DNA from: an uncultured Nitrospinota bacterium | GTDB lineage: Bacteria; Tectomicrobia; Entotheonellia; J063; CAVPRW01 | DNA length: 64,000 nt | Assembly: GCA_963707985.1 (NCBI GenBank) | Contig: CAVPRW010000042.1 | Span: 224,001-288,000 of the forward strand | Direction of reading: 5' to 3' | Shown here: positions 41,049 through 52,585 of the stretch, piece after piece | Numbering within the stretch: position 1 is the first letter of the stretch | Layout of the letters: every line of letters begins with the position of its first letter | Notes under the pieces: generated by a model | The model's input: only the letters and a program-made list of their open reading frames with translations | What the model was told of the DNA's origin: nothing | Database searches by the model: none | Position numbers and translations under genes: made by a program

Positions 41049-41527
41049 GACACCCTCTCCGTTTGCATGCGGGTAGCGGCACCGCGGATGGACTCGATGA
41101 TCTTGTAATAGCCTGTGCAGCGACAGAGGTTCCCCATCATCCAGTCCTTGATATCGTCGTCGGATGGGTTCTGGTTCTGATCCAGCAGTGCTTTGGCCGC
41201 AACGACCATGCCCGGCGTGCAGATGCCGCACTGAAAGCCGCCGAAATCGATGAACGCCTGCTGTACCGGATGCAATTTCCCATCCTGTGCCAGGCCCTCG
41301 ACCGTCGTGATCTCTTTGCCGTCTGCCAGGACCGCCAACGTCAGGCACGAGCTCACCAGGACCCCATCCATCACCACCGTGCAGGCCCCGCATACCCCGA
41401 CACTGCATCCCTCTTTCGTGCCGGTAAGCCCCAAATCATAGCGTAGACAGTCGATGAGCAGTCGTTGCGACGGCACATCCGTCGTGTAATCTTTGCCATT
41501 CACCCGCATCCGAATCATGTGAGTCAT
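41045..41527 (-). CDS. 2Fe-2S subunit, CoxS-like
   Basis: GCSVGVCGACTV, FQCGICTPG, GNLCRCTGY. Confidence 0.95.
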   Translation of the reverse strand: MTHMIRMRVNGKDYTTDVPSQRLLIDCLRYDLGLTGTKEGCSVGVCGACTVVMDGVLVSSCLTLAVLADGKEITTVEGLAQDGKLHPVQQAFIDFGGFQCGICTPGMVVAAKALLDQNQNPSDDDIKDWMMGNLCRCTGYYKIIESIRGAATRMQTERVS

Positions 41528-43809
41528 CAGCTCCTCCTGTCTTCCTGTGGCGTTTCCTCGCCAACTCCCTGCTGCGCCTGCAATGCACGGTACACCTTCT
41601 CTGCAGTGATCGGCAGATCACAAATACGGACGCCCACCGCATCGTACAGGGCGTTAGCGATCGCCGCGGTGATGGGTGTGATACTACTCTCGCCGATCGA
41701 TTTCCCCTGGAACGGTACTGGACCGAGCGGCTCCTGCACCAAGACCGTTTTCAGCGGCGGAATGTCTTTGATGTTGGGAAGCTTGTAATCGCCGAGGCTC
41801 AGCGTCGACACGCGCCCATCCTCGGCGCGCATCTCCTCGATCATGCCGAAACCGATCCCTTGAATAAGCCCTCCCTCGATTTGTCCCTGATGGCCAAGTG
41901 GATTGATGATCGTCCCCACATCGTGCGCCGTGACGACCTCAAGCAGCGTCATCTGGCCAGTCTCGGGGTCCACCTCCAGTTCGACGGCCTGCGCGGTGAA
42001 GCCGGTGACATGGGGATATTCCGTCACCCGATAGGTCTTCTGAACGGTCAATGGGCGCTCGTGGGCCAAGGCGGCCCTGGCCACGTCGGCCAGCGATAGG
42101 CTGGTCTCAGCGTTGGTTGCCACGGTACAGCGTCCGCCGCTGAGCGTGACGTCATTCGGCTGGCAGCCAAGGAGCTGTGCCGCTACCTCCCGGATGAGTG
42201 TCTTGAGCTCCTCTGCGGCCTGATAGGTCGCCTGGCCAGCGACGTGAGTCACGCGGCTGCCACCCGCCCCCGAGTCGGCCTCGAAGGCATCGGTGGTGGC
42301 GATCTGGACCCGCACCTGCTCGATCGGAAGCGACATCGTCTCGGCGACGATCTGTCGCAATACGGTGTGCGACCCCGTGCCGGTATCGGGCGCGGCCGTC
42401 AGCAGCGTGACAGTGCCATCGCCTTCCACGGTGACCTGGGCATTGGCATCACCGATGCCGATGTGCCGATGCGACACTGCTAAGCCACGGCCAACGTTGG
42501 GGCGTGGCTTCGCTTGCCCCCAGCCTGAGGCATGCACAACGGCTTCCAACGTTTCCTGGACCTTGACATGCTCGACGGGATGGCCGCTCGGCAAGCGGTC
42601 GCCGTCTTTTAACAAGTTTCGACGCCGGAATTCCAGGGGATCGAGGCCCAATGCCTCGGCCATCATATCCATGGCAGACTCCACGGCAAAGGTGACTTGC
42701 GGGTCGCCGGGCGCTCGCATATGCCCAGCTGGTACACAGTTGGTATAAACCGAGTACGCGTCGATGCGGATGTTCGGGATGCCATAGGCGCCCGCAGCCT
42801 GGCTAGCGCCGGTGATGTTGACCACTGGTGTGGGCTTGAAGGCAGCGTAGGCGCCGCTATTGAAGATCGCCTTGGCTTCCCGTGCGACGATGATGCCTTC
42901 TCGCGTCACGCCGGTGCGCAGCACGACCGTGGTCGGATGACGTGGATTGCCTGCCATCAACTCCTCGGTATAGGTCATCACCATCTTCACCGGGCGGCCG
43001 GTACGGCGGGCCAGGTGGTAGCACAGCGGCAGGTCCATGAGCGAGCCCTTGCCGCCAAAATCGCCGCCGATGGGAGTGAGGTGGACCAGGATCTGCTCCA
43101 GGGGAATCTGCACCGCATCCGCCAGTAGCTCACGCGTCCGGAAGGGCATCTTATTGCTTAGCCAGACATGGGCACGGCCGTCAGACTCGATCGCCACCAC
43201 CGAGGCATGAGGCTCGATGTAGCCTTGATGCACATAGTGCGTCGTGAAGGTATACTCAAAAACCTGTGTGGCCGCGGCGAATCCCTGCTCGACATCTCCC
43301 AATTGCCAGGTGACATGGGAGTGAACGTTGGGGAGGTCGGAAAAATATTGGGCAGGAGCATGCGGATATAAGCGATACTGCGGATGGAGTTGCGGTGCGT
43401 CTGGTTTCATCGCCTCCTGAGCGTCGAAGACCGCTGGGAGTTCCTCGTATTCGACCTCGATGAGGGCCAAAGCCTCGTCGGCCAGGTCGGGGTCCTCCAC
43501 TGCAACCATGGCCAGTTTCTCGCCGATAAACCGTACGCGGTCTTTGGCAAGGACGGGCATATCGTACACACGACGCCCGATCAGCAGGTCTGGTAGATCT
43601 TTGGCGGTCAGCACGGCCAGCACTCCAGGCAGACGCTCGGCAGCGCTGGTATCGATACGGACGATGCGTGCATGTGGCAGGGGGCTGCGCAAAGCTTTGC
43701 CCCAGATCATGCTGGGCAATCGTATGTCGGCGCTATAGGTGGCGGCACCGGTGACCTTGGCCGGCCCCTCGATCCGGCCAAGCGGTTTGCCGACAGCGCT
43801 GTAGGTCAT
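41527..43809 (-). CDS. Xanthine dehydrogenase family molybdopterin-binding subunit
   Basis: KVTGAATY, LRSPLPHA, IGGDFGGKG, AGHMRAPG, GQIEGG..QGIG, KSIGE. Confidence 0.92.
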   Translation of the reverse strand: MTYSAVGKPLGRIEGPAKVTGAATYSADIRLPSMIWGKALRSPLPHARIVRIDTSAAERLPGVLAVLTAKDLPDLLIGRRVYDMPVLAKDRVRFIGEKLAMVAVEDPDLADEALALIEVEYEELPAVFDAQEAMKPDAPQLHPQYRLYPHAPAQYFSDLPNVHSHVTWQLGDVEQGFAAATQVFEYTFTTHYVHQGYIEPHASVVAIESDGRAHVWLSNKMPFRTRELLADAVQIPLEQILVHLTPIGGDFGGKGSLMDLPLCYHLARRTGRPVKMVMTYTEELMAGNPRHPTTVVLRTGVTREGIIVAREAKAIFNSGAYAAFKPTPVVNITGASQAAGAYGIPNIRIDAYSVYTNCVPAGHMRAPGDPQVTFAVESAMDMMAEALGLDPLEFRRRNLLKDGDRLPSGHPVEHVKVQETLEAVVHASGWGQAKPRPNVGRGLAVSHRHIGIGDANAQVTVEGDGTVTLLTAAPDTGTGSHTVLRQIVAETMSLPIEQVRVQIATTDAFEADSGAGGSRVTHVAGQATYQAAEELKTLIREVAAQLLGCQPNDVTLSGGRCTVATNAETSLSLADVARAALAHERPLTVQKTYRVTEYPHVTGFTAQAVELEVDPETGQMTLLEVVTAHDVGTIINPLGHQGQIEGGLIQGIGFGMIEEMRAEDGRVSTLSLGDYKLPNIKDIPPLKTVLVQEPLGPVPFQGKSIGESSITPITAAIANALYDAVGVRICDLPITAEKVYRALQAQQGVGEETPQEDRRS

Positions 43810-44109
43810 CGGCTGCATCCCCCTTTGGTCACTGCTGCCAGTGTGTGTCATGAAAATCCCCCCCGCTATCGATGTTCACTCTTTCGGAAAAGCCCCCAAT
43901 TGTATCGTGTCCTCAGGCCCTGGTAAAGTCCTGAGTCATAGCCTGACGTGGTTTGGCGCATTCCTCGCGAGTGTGACTCTTGCCCTGCGCCATTCTTCCC
44001 GGTAAGATCTGGCCGAGGTAAGAAATGGCTGGTGTCACCCGACGCATCAGGGCGTAGCTCGCCTGATGACGGCTGTGCAGAAGCTTTGGTGCCAAAGGAG
44101 AGAACGATT

Positions 44110-44547
44110 ATGAAGCTGCGAACCGGCGATCCCTGGATGCCCGCCCCCAAGTATAGTCATACCCTGCAGGGGCTGACGCTCAATCTCTTGGTGCGGGACA
44201 TCACCAGGTCGCTGCCCTTTCATCGTGAGGTGCTCGGCGCCCAGGTGGTCTATAGCGATGCCGATTTCGCCGTGTTGCGCTATGGCGAGGTCGAATGGAT
44301 GCTCCACGCCGATCATACCTACCTGGATCACCCCTTGCACGCCAGCCTCTCCGAGGAGACACCGCGTGGTGTGGGAGCCGAGCTCCGGTTGCATGGGCGC
44401 GATCCTGATGAGGCTGAAGCCATGGCGCGCCGGCTTGGCTTCGCGGTGCTGGCTGGTTCCATCGATAAGCCCCACGGTCTCCGGGAAGCCTATCTTGTCG
44501 ATCCGGATGGGTATCTGTGGGTACCCGATATCCCCTCGCCGCATTGA
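44110..44547 (+). CDS. VOC/glyoxalase family protein
   Basis: LLVRDITRSLPFHREVLG; DKPHGLREAYLVDPDGYLW. Confidence 0.85.
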   Translation: MKLRTGDPWMPAPKYSHTLQGLTLNLLVRDITRSLPFHREVLGAQVVYSDADFAVLRYGEVEWMLHADHTYLDHPLHASLSEETPRGVGAELRLHGRDPDEAEAMARRLGFAVLAGSIDKPHGLREAYLVDPDGYLWVPDIPSPH

Positions 44548-44728
44548 GCAGCAGGCACTTCGGGCTGACCGACAATTCCCCACGTCGATTCTCGATGAAA
44601 GCTCATGAGCCACCTGGAGGCTCTGGAGACTCGTCCGGCATGTCCAGCGCTCGAAGAAATACTCAACGGGGTCAATCCCTTAGACGAATTTCGGCGCTTG
44701 AAGCAAGCACGGAAGCCTGACACCCGAC

Positions 44729-46170
44729 GTGGCAACTCACCTCGCGTCCGAGGCTGCAGGGGCGCTCCTGAAGCAGCACACCGCGTCGGGGAACTACCCG
44801 CGCGATGCGGTTACGCTGCTCTGCGAGCTGGCAACCCAGGACGATGCGATATTGGCAAGGATCGGCGTCCAGGGCCTGTTTCCCTTGTTGGTGGAACCCC
44901 TGGGGGATGCGTTTACGCCGGCGGCCTGCATCATCTATAATCGACTCTTTGCCCAGGTGATTCAATATTGCCGCCAGCGACCGGAGGGTACGGCGATCGA
45001 TCAATGCTTACGGGATTTCGGACTCATCACCGAAACCGATCTTCTGACGTATGCAGCAAGAGTTCGCGCCCCTGCGCAATTTAGCCAGAAGTACAGCCGC
45101 CAGATCAAGAAAGCCTTTGTCCTGTCGCGCGTGACTCTAGGCGCGGATATTGCCGTTTCCAGTGTGGTGCTTGCGGCGTTAAAAGAAATCTGTCCACAAG
45201 CAGAGATCAAACTGGTGGCCAATGCCAAGACCATGCAACTCTTTGCCGGAGACCCGCGTGTACAGCTATGCGCCATTGAATACCCGCGCGGCGGCAGGCT
45301 CATCGAGCGGCTCACGAGCTGGCTTGGCGCCGTTGAGGTACTCCGGCAAGAGACGTTGGGGCTAGACCCCACTGAGTATATGATTGTCGACCCAGACTCC
45401 CGCCTGACCCAGCTCGGCATCCTACCACTGGTGGCTGATCAACGCTCCTATCTGTTCTTCGAAAGTCGCAGCTACTGTGCGGCAGGACTGCAGAAACTGG
45501 GGGCCTTAACAGCCCACTGGCTGCAACAGGTATTTGGCATGGCAGACTCGCTCTATCCCTATTGTGCGCCATCGCAGTTGGATGTCGCGGCCGCGCAGCG
45601 GATCATCGGTGCTCTCAAGAGGTGTACCACGGGGCCGATTGTCAGCCTCAGCCTCGGTGTCGGGTCCAACCCTGCGAAACGGCTGCCGGACCCGTTTGAG
45701 CTTCGATTGCTGGTCCGCCTCTTGTCCGCGGGGGCGACCGTGATCTTGGATAAAGGCGGCGATGCGGAGGAAATGGGGCGTATCGATACCCTCGTCACCA
45801 AGCTAGGAAGAGGAAGGCTTTCATGCGGTCGGCCCTGGATGAACGCTGCGACGTGGTCGCATCGCCGGCAGAGGTCGACGGCGCATCGTTGTTGACCTGG
45901 CAGGGTGGCATCGGACGTTTTGCGGCCTTGATCGGCGAAAGTACGGTGTATGTCGGTTATGATTCGGCCGGGCAGCATATCGCGGCGGCGCTCGGAGTCC
46001 CGACCATCGACATTTTCACCGGTTTCACCTCACCGCGGATGCCGGAGCGCTGGTCACCCCACGGTCCAGGTCCTGTCCACGTGCTCGTGCTGGACGCCGT
46101 CGAAACATATTCCTCGGCACGCCTTGACGCGATCGTGGACGACGTGCTGGGGCATATCCCGCGAGGCTAG
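44729..46170 (+). CDS. Glycosyltransferase family 9 (heptosyltransferase-like), frameshift near 45805; may extend to 44605
   Basis: LSRVTLGADIAV; VYVGYDSAGQHIAAALGVPTIDIF..WSP. Confidence 0.75.
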
Positions 46171-46427
46171 ATGTCCTCTTCCAGCAACTCATCGACCCAG
46201 GCACTCCATTCGGCCAGCGATTGCTGAGGGGGCGTAGGGGTGGTCCCATACCGCGGGGCAAAATGTCCATAGGGACCGTAAGAGGCGAAATGTTCCAGGC
46301 AGGGGCTGCAATAATAGAGCACTCCGAGCACGTGCGTGCCAGGGTCATGCAGCACAATGCGGTGAATCTTCGAGTCGGCGGGGACTCGATTGGAGCAGCC
46401 AGGCGTTGAGCAGCGCATCTGATGCAT
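46167..46427 (-). CDS. Small hypothetical protein, possible Zn ribbon
   Basis: CSTPGC ... YCSPC, acidic C-terminal helix. Confidence 0.45.
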   Translation of the reverse strand: MHQMRCSTPGCSNRVPADSKIHRIVLHDPGTHVLGVLYYCSPCLEHFASYGPYGHFAPRYGTTPTPPQQSLAEWSAWVDELLEEDI

Positions 46428-46743
46428 AGCTGGTACTATAGCACAGTGAGGGCGTGATGATACAACGATTTCGACATGATCGCAGCGGTGCCCCCTGAAG
46501 ATTGATCGATTTTCTTCCCTTTGGCGTGCAGCCTATCCGGCGCTTTTGCCAAGATGATTCCGGGAAGGGGGTCCGCCGCCATGGGTGTGTGCTACCTTTT
46601 GCCCATACCTTACCTTGATACGATGAACACGAACCGTCCACCCATCCTACTGGAGAGAGCACCATGGAGGCACCGAGAGGTTTCACGGGTCTGGAGTACG
46701 CCCCGCTTGTCTCCCTGCAATGCTTATCTATTTGATGAGTCGA

Positions 46744-47240
46744 TCAGACTCTTTGCAATGCGAGGCAATCGTATCGCACTTGTTTTGCACCGATAAGTTT
46801 ATCAGAATCGGGAGTACTCTCACCCCGTCGAGTCTTCAATACAAGTAAGTTAGCTGCAAGAATTGGTGGCATGTTCTCCAGGATGGGAGTGCAATCCAGC
46901 GTTCTGCGTTGGTCGAAGACTATAACTTTGGCGAGACTATGCTTCACTGCAAGCGAAGAAATCCGCGATATTAAGTTCATAACGTGTTGATACCCAGCCC
47001 GATCAATTACCAGCATGATTTTCCCAGCCTTCATCATCCGTAAGAGATCAAGAGTATTTCTAATTACCACATCATAGACGCTTTGCGGAATCTCGTTTAA
47101 ACAATTCTGAAACATCACGAGGCTGGCCTCGCTGATTCTATTGGGACAATCGATTGGAGTGAAAAAACCGACAGCCGATCCAGGACGAGTTAGATCGAAA
47201 GAGGATGGATGTGCTTCAAAGAGGTTCCTGTCCATTATCG
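46744..47240 (-). CDS. AT-rich hypothetical protein (start uncertain)
   Basis: Long open frame of lower GC directly downstream of the TA pair; no motif recognised. Confidence 0.35.
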
Positions 47241-47299
47241 ACGGTACCAAGTAGTCAAGTGCAATTTGCCTGGAGTACCTCCAGCTCTCAGATGCGACA

Positions 47300-47704
47300 T
47301 CAAAAAAGGGACAGCGTTCGTACCTGCCAATCACGATCAGTGTAATAGCTGACTGCGGTGGGCGTGACCCGTAACACCTTTCCCATTCGGCGCGTTTTGG
47401 TCCGAAAAGCCGGCAGCCGAAAGACGGCACGCAACAGGGTGGGAATTTCACGGGCACGTGAATCTGCTAGTGCAAAGCAGGCCACACAAAAGCGGTCGTC
47501 GATGGCTACTTTGCGCCAAAAGTCGGTTTCGTTAATCGTCAGGAAGGTCGCCTGACGCTGTTGATGGAGCAAGGCAGGAATGACATCGTCTTTGATTACC
47601 GTGCCAGGTCGCAAATCGGTAATGAAAAGCACCGGGCCGGGATACCAACGAGCGAGCACCGTTTCGAGGTCGCGTCCGGAGAGTTGTTCGTCCAGCACCA
47701 ACAT
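47300..47704 (-). CDS. PIN-like (DUF5615-type) putative toxin
   Basis: MLVLDEQL, IKDDVI, FLTINETDF acidic PIN-like positions; start overlaps the DUF433 stop (TAATG). Confidence 0.65.
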   Translation of the reverse strand: MLVLDEQLSGRDLETVLARWYPGPVLFITDLRPGTVIKDDVIPALLHQQRQATFLTINETDFWRKVAIDDRFCVACFALADSRAREIPTLLRAVFRLPAFRTKTRRMGKVLRVTPTAVSYYTDRDWQVRTLSLF

Positions 47705-48003
47705 TAGGTCGGCTCAAGGGCAGGTAAAGTTTGCAAGAAGCTGGATGTCACGACCTGGATGGCTTCCATCACTGCTTCACGAGAGATACGCCCACCATAA
47801 CCAGCTACAATCTCCTCAAGACTCTCACCAGCCGCTATGCGGTCGAGCGCACCAGTAATCTCAATGCGGGTATACTTGAACGTTGGGCGTCCACCGCAGA
47901 CCCCCGCCGCACGCACGACATACTCGCCCATGGGGTAGTATTGGTATGGTTCGCCGTTCACCACTTCCGTGATCAACTTGGCTGTCATCATGGTCTCCCA
48001 CAT
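47704..48003 (-). CDS. DUF433 family putative antitoxin
   Basis: GVCGGRPTFKYTRI..AGESLEEIVAGY. Confidence 0.85.
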   Translation of the reverse strand: MWETMMTAKLITEVVNGEPYQYYPMGEYVVRAAGVCGGRPTFKYTRIEITGALDRIAAGESLEEIVAGYGGRISREAVMEAIQVVTSSFLQTLPALEPT

Positions 48004-48285
48004 GTGTACTAAGGATCAGCTTGCTGGATGAAGCGTTCTCCGAATAGGCCTCCTTGTCGCACGGGGAAATGCCTGGATACGTGGAACCTACACAATCCAC
48101 AGACGCCCATACCCAAACCCCCTCACCGCGGGAGAGAAAGTCATCGCGCTTTGCTCTTCGGGCCGCGGCCGATGACCTTTGTCGCATATGCCTCTTTATC
48201 CGACAGCGACGCGAGGTAATTAATCTCACACGGCGGGACCCGAGGGCACAGGCGAACGTGCACTTCGCCCCCTCGACTCTAACCT

Positions 48286-49883
48286 CTACGACTTCAGCTG
48301 CACATCCTCATAGGGACCTGAGTAGGCGAACGTCGGAATCAAGCCCATGCCAGAGACCGCTGCCCGCGGCCCTGAGGCGCACAGGAACCCCAACTCCCAG
48401 ATCGGGATGAAGCGAGCCTCGTCGTGCAGCTTCTGCTGGATCTTGTGTAGCAACGCTTGGCGCTTCTGGCGGTCGCGTTCGACCGCCTGCTGAGTAGTAC
48501 CAGGCATCGATTTCCTCGTCTTTAATCCACGACTGTTGCCCCTTGCTGTACACAAAAGCGTCAATGCGAGTTGCCGCGTTTCCAAAGGCACCGCTTCCCT
48601 GGAAGGCGAGATTTTTATAGGTCTTCTCACGCAGTGCGGCCTGGTGGGCCGCACGCTCCATGGGACGCACTTTGGCCCGGATTCCCACCGCACTGAGATC
48701 GTTGACCATGGCCTCAATCACGCCACTATAGACACTATCGACATGGCATTCCCCGGCGTCGAAACCGTTGGCATACCCTGCTTCTTTCAGCAATTGGCGG
48801 GCCTTGGTCGGATCAAAGGTGTACGGTTCGAGTGGCAGGGCATAGTCGAACCGGCGTGGGATAATGCTTCCGGTCAGTTCCGACCGACCAAGAGTCTCCG
48901 CCTCGTTAGCGGTTTGTCGGTTGAAGGCCAGATTGGCCGCCAGGCGTACGCGTTGGTCGGCCCACGGGGACTTGGGATCATATTGGTCGTAGGTGAATAG
49001 AATCCATTGGGTCGCAATGATCGGCGCTTCCAGCTTCAAGTTTGGATCGCGCTGCACCTCCTCAGCGAGGGCACCGAGGATTCCGTATGCCACATCGGCC
49101 TCCTGCTTCTTCAGCATCGCCAAACGGGTAGTGGCCTCGGGGACGCTCTTCATCACCAAGCGTTTGACGTGCGGTACCTTGCGCCAATAGTCCGTATTGG
49201 CCTCGAAAATCACCTCTACCCCCGGTTGATGGCTCACAAAACGGTAAGGTCCTAAGCCAATGGGCTGATTCTTGAATTCCGCCTCTCCGACTTTCAGGAG
49301 GTAGTTTTTCGGCACGATCCATCCGGCCCCAGTGGCCGGCGTGCCGTAAAAGGTCATGAAATCGGGCCACGGCTCATGCAGATGAAAGCGGACGTGAAGC
49401 GGGTTCACCACTTCGACGTTCTTGACCTTTTTTTTCAGCTCCCCGGCCCCAGCCCCTTTGAAGCGCTCAAAGCTAAATTGCACATCCTCAGCGGTGAACG
49501 GATCGCCGTTATGGAATTTCACCCCCTGGCGCAGTTCGAAGTCGTACGCACAGCCCATCGGCGCTATCATTCCACTTGGTGGCCAGGCTTGGCGCCATCG
49601 GATTGTCGGGCATCGGTTTTAGCAAGGCATCGTGCAGCGCATAGAGGAACATGAAGGGCGTGATGATTCCCGGCGTCTCCGCAGGGTCAAACCAGACCGG
49701 CGCAATGGTGACATGAATCGCCCAGGTCATTTGTCCACTGGGCTCGTCTTTTTTGGCAGGGGCCGCCAGCAGTGGGCCCCAGCCATGAAGCCAGGCCGGT
49801 AATCCAGCCATCCCAGCTGTGGTCGCCTGGAGAAATCGGCGTCGGGAAAGGGATGGGCTCTGATGGATGGGACGATGGACCAT
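48286..49883 (-). CDS. ABC substrate-binding protein family 5 with Tat signal (frameshifts near 49550 and 48495)
   Basis: SRRRFLQ; LRQGVKFHNGDPFTAEDVQFSF; GLGPYRF; DQRVRLAANLA. Confidence 0.88.
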
Positions 49884-49960
49884 ATACCATCTCCTGCGGG
49901 CTTACCCGCGGCAGTTCCTTGCACCACTGAAACGCTAACATCATACATCGCTATCCCTTG

Positions 49961-49989
49961 ATCATAACCAATTTTGCATGATACGTCAA
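49961..49989 (-). promoter_or_regulatory. Sigma70-type promoter for the SBP gene
   Basis: Minus strand TTGACG - 17 nt - TATGAT. Confidence 0.55.
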
Positions 49990-50218
49990 AGCCTTAGCAT
50001 GTACCAGCGGCGTCTCACCGGGAGGACAACAAACACCCAAAGTCTCCGCAGTGCAGGCATACGCATCTCGCGGACCGGGGTTATGTTCCGGGGAGGCGAC
50101 CCGACTGAAGCCCTGGTTCATCTGCTGTCACAGCAGACGTAGCGGGTTGTCTCCTCAGTGTAGGGGAGCAGGGAGATTGGTCGCATGGACAGCGCCATGA
50201 GAGGTAAAACGCTTGTCG

Positions 50219-50560
50219 CTAGATAATATTTTCGCGCTGCAGCGCCGCTGCCATGTGGGGAAGGACGGGGTCTTTGTGCATCGCCTCGGCCCAGATGTCG
50301 AACTCCGCCACCGGATCGGTGCGATGTACGGCGATATCCTCCGCATCATGCAAGCGATCCGCACGCTGATCGTAGATGAGCTCAAGGTCGAGATAGCGAT
50401 CGATGATTACGCCCAGTCCTGGCTCAGCGCATTCATAGACCGTAAAGCGCATCATACCTTCGGGCAAGCTCTCGGGGTCAGACACTTCTTGCACCCAGGC
50501 ACGTTTCGCCTCATCGGTCGCACGTCGGTCCCGTTGTGCCCGAAATTCCGCCAGCGTCAT
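50219..50560 (-). CDS. Hypothetical protein
   Basis: 113-aa ORF with SD GGGAGGG; no motif recognised. Confidence 0.55.
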   Translation of the reverse strand: MTLAEFRAQRDRRATDEAKRAWVQEVSDPESLPEGMMRFTVYECAEPGLGVIIDRYLDLELIYDQRADRLHDAEDIAVHRTDPVAEFDIWAEAMHKDPVLPHMAAALQRENII

Positions 50561-50833
50561 AGGCCCTCCCGATCATGGAATTTTCGATGGTGAGATAAAT
50601 TACAGACATTCCTACCACGCTTACCTCTGGCTTTGCCCGCCAGAGAAGCAAGGAGACATGATGATAGGGCTGCCCTTTATCCGGCCAAGGAGTGCGTCAT
50701 CATAGCAGCCTCGTGGGGAGGTACTATACTGAGAAACCCGTAAAAAAGGTAGCGGCAAAGCGCCGCCTTGGGAAGCCATGCCATCGCACTGGCGTCGCAA
50801 TACGGTGGAGGAGCCGCTGAATTTTGCATCGGC

Positions 50834-50862
50834 TTGACCTCCCGGAGGACCGCGGCTACAAT
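50834..50862 (+). promoter_or_regulatory. Sigma70-type promoter for the cof operon
   Basis: TTGACC (50834-39) - 17 nt - TACAAT (50857-62), which supports ATG 50896 as the start. Confidence 0.6.
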
Positions 50863-50895
50863 GCGCCTATTCGCATGCAGGCTGGGGGAAACGAG

Positions 50896-51816
50896 ATGAT
50901 CGCAGTGCTTGCGGGTGGCGTCGGTGCCGCAAAATTCTTGCAAGGTTTGGTGGAAGTGGTGGAGCCCCATGAGCTGATCATTATCGGCAACACCGGTGAT
51001 GACATCGATCTACATGGCCTGCATATCTCACCCGATCTCGACATCGTGACCTACACCTTGGCCGGTCTGCACGACGCCGACCAGGGATGGGGGATTCGGG
51101 GGGATACCTTCCATACACTGGAGATGCTCGGGCGCTATGGTCATGCAACCTGGTTCAACCTCGGCGATTATGACCTGGCCACGCACATTCATCGGAGCGA
51201 ACGATTGCGCCACGGTTGGCCCTTATCGGCCATCACGGATGAGATCAGACGAGCCCTGGGCGTGGTGCCGCACATTCTCCCGATGACCGATCAACGCGCC
51301 GAAACCAAAATCGTCACCGACGAAGGTGTGCTCCACTTCCAAGAATATCTGGTGCAACGGCGCACCGAGCCAGCTGTACAGGGTGTGATCTATGAGGGGA
51401 TTGAGGTGGCCAGACCCGCCCCCGGGGTCTGTGAAGCCATCCAGAAGGCTGACGGTATTATCATTCCACCGAGCAACCCCATCGTCAGCATCGGCACCAT
51501 TCTCGCCGTCCCAGGTGTGCAGCAAGCTCTGGCCGCCAGACGTGGTCGGGTGGTGGCGGTGAGTCCAATTGTGCAGGGGGCCACCCTCAAAGGGCCGGCG
51601 GATAAGCTCATGGTCGCGTTAGGGTACGAGGCCAGTGCGCTAGGTGTGGCACGCTACTATGGCGCCCTGCTCGATGCCTTTGTCCTCGATACGCTCGATC
51701 GGCCCTTAGAAGAGTCGGTGCGTCAGCTGGACATCGGGGTTCAAGTCCTGAACACCATTATGAGCGGCCCGGCGGAACGATGCGCCTTGGCGAAGGCTGT
51801 GGTTGGGATGTTGTGA
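50896..51816 (+). CDS. cofD: 2-phospho-L-lactate transferase
   Basis: LAGGVGAAKFL, NTGDD..HGLHISPDLD, LHFQEY, PSNPIVSI, KGPADKLM. Confidence 0.93.
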   Translation: MIAVLAGGVGAAKFLQGLVEVVEPHELIIIGNTGDDIDLHGLHISPDLDIVTYTLAGLHDADQGWGIRGDTFHTLEMLGRYGHATWFNLGDYDLATHIHRSERLRHGWPLSAITDEIRRALGVVPHILPMTDQRAETKIVTDEGVLHFQEYLVQRRTEPAVQGVIYEGIEVARPAPGVCEAIQKADGIIIPPSNPIVSIGTILAVPGVQQALAARRGRVVAVSPIVQGATLKGPADKLMVALGYEASALGVARYYGALLDAFVLDTLDRPLEESVRQLDIGVQVLNTIMSGPAERCALAKAVVGML

Positions 51817-51868
51817 ATGTGCCCTTTCCCTCTGAGAGAGGGGGTGAGGGGGAAAGCCCTGGTCAACC

Positions 51869-52522
51869 ATGCACTATGCCCTGATACCGGTGAAGGATTT
51901 GACCCAGGCGAAGGTCAGGCTGTCGCCGCTCCTGTCGCCAGTTGAACGCTACACCCTGGCCAGCGCCATGCTTGATGATGTGCTCACGGCCGTCCGGCAA
52001 GCCTCGACGCTTGAACGTATCGCCCTGGTGACGACGGACCCTTATGCCCTCGCTCTGGCGGCGCAGTGGGGATTTGAGGTGGTCGATGAAGGATCGGGAC
52101 GGGGTGAGACCGGCGCGGTCGAATTGGCCGTCAAAGTCTGCCGGGAGCGTGGAGCCAGTTCCCTGGCGGTGATTCCCGGCGATATCCCGCTGCTCACCGC
52201 GGCCGATGTCGATGACGTCTTGGAGCACGGCCGACTCTATGATGTCGTCATTGTCCCGTCCTGGGATAGCCGCGGCACCAATGCGGTCCTGATGCGCCCG
52301 CCTGACGCCTTACAGCTGCGCTTCGGCTCCTGGAGCTTTTTCCCACACGTGAAGCAAGCCAAGCGCAAGGGGTTTTCCTACAAAGTGGCGCGACTGCCAC
52401 GCGTGGCGCTGGATGTCGACACTCCGGAAGATCTGGCCCGTCTGGTACCGCAGGCCATGGGTACGAGAAGCTATGCCGTATTGGAGGAGATGGGAGTACT
52501 ACACCGCATCCAGGGACTTTAG
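51869..52522 (+). CDS. cofC: 2-phospho-L-lactate/PEP guanylyltransferase
   Basis: LIPVKDLTQAKVRLS, PGDIPL, GTNA, FG.. SF..H, LDVDTPEDL. Confidence 0.92.
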   Translation: MHYALIPVKDLTQAKVRLSPLLSPVERYTLASAMLDDVLTAVRQASTLERIALVTTDPYALALAAQWGFEVVDEGSGRGETGAVELAVKVCRERGASSLAVIPGDIPLLTAADVDDVLEHGRLYDVVIVPSWDSRGTNAVLMRPPDALQLRFGSWSFFPHVKQAKRKGFSYKVARLPRVALDVDTPEDLARLVPQAMGTRSYAVLEEMGVLHRIQGL

Positions 52523-52585
52523 AACCCGCTGGGTGCGGTGGGATAGCGAAGACGGTCCGCAACAGCGGAGAAGGGACGGTCCGTT

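Noticed and set aside
39560..43851. Aerobic CO dehydrogenase (coxMSL) call
   Set aside because: No AYxCSFR motif, gene order L-S-M, no coxDEF
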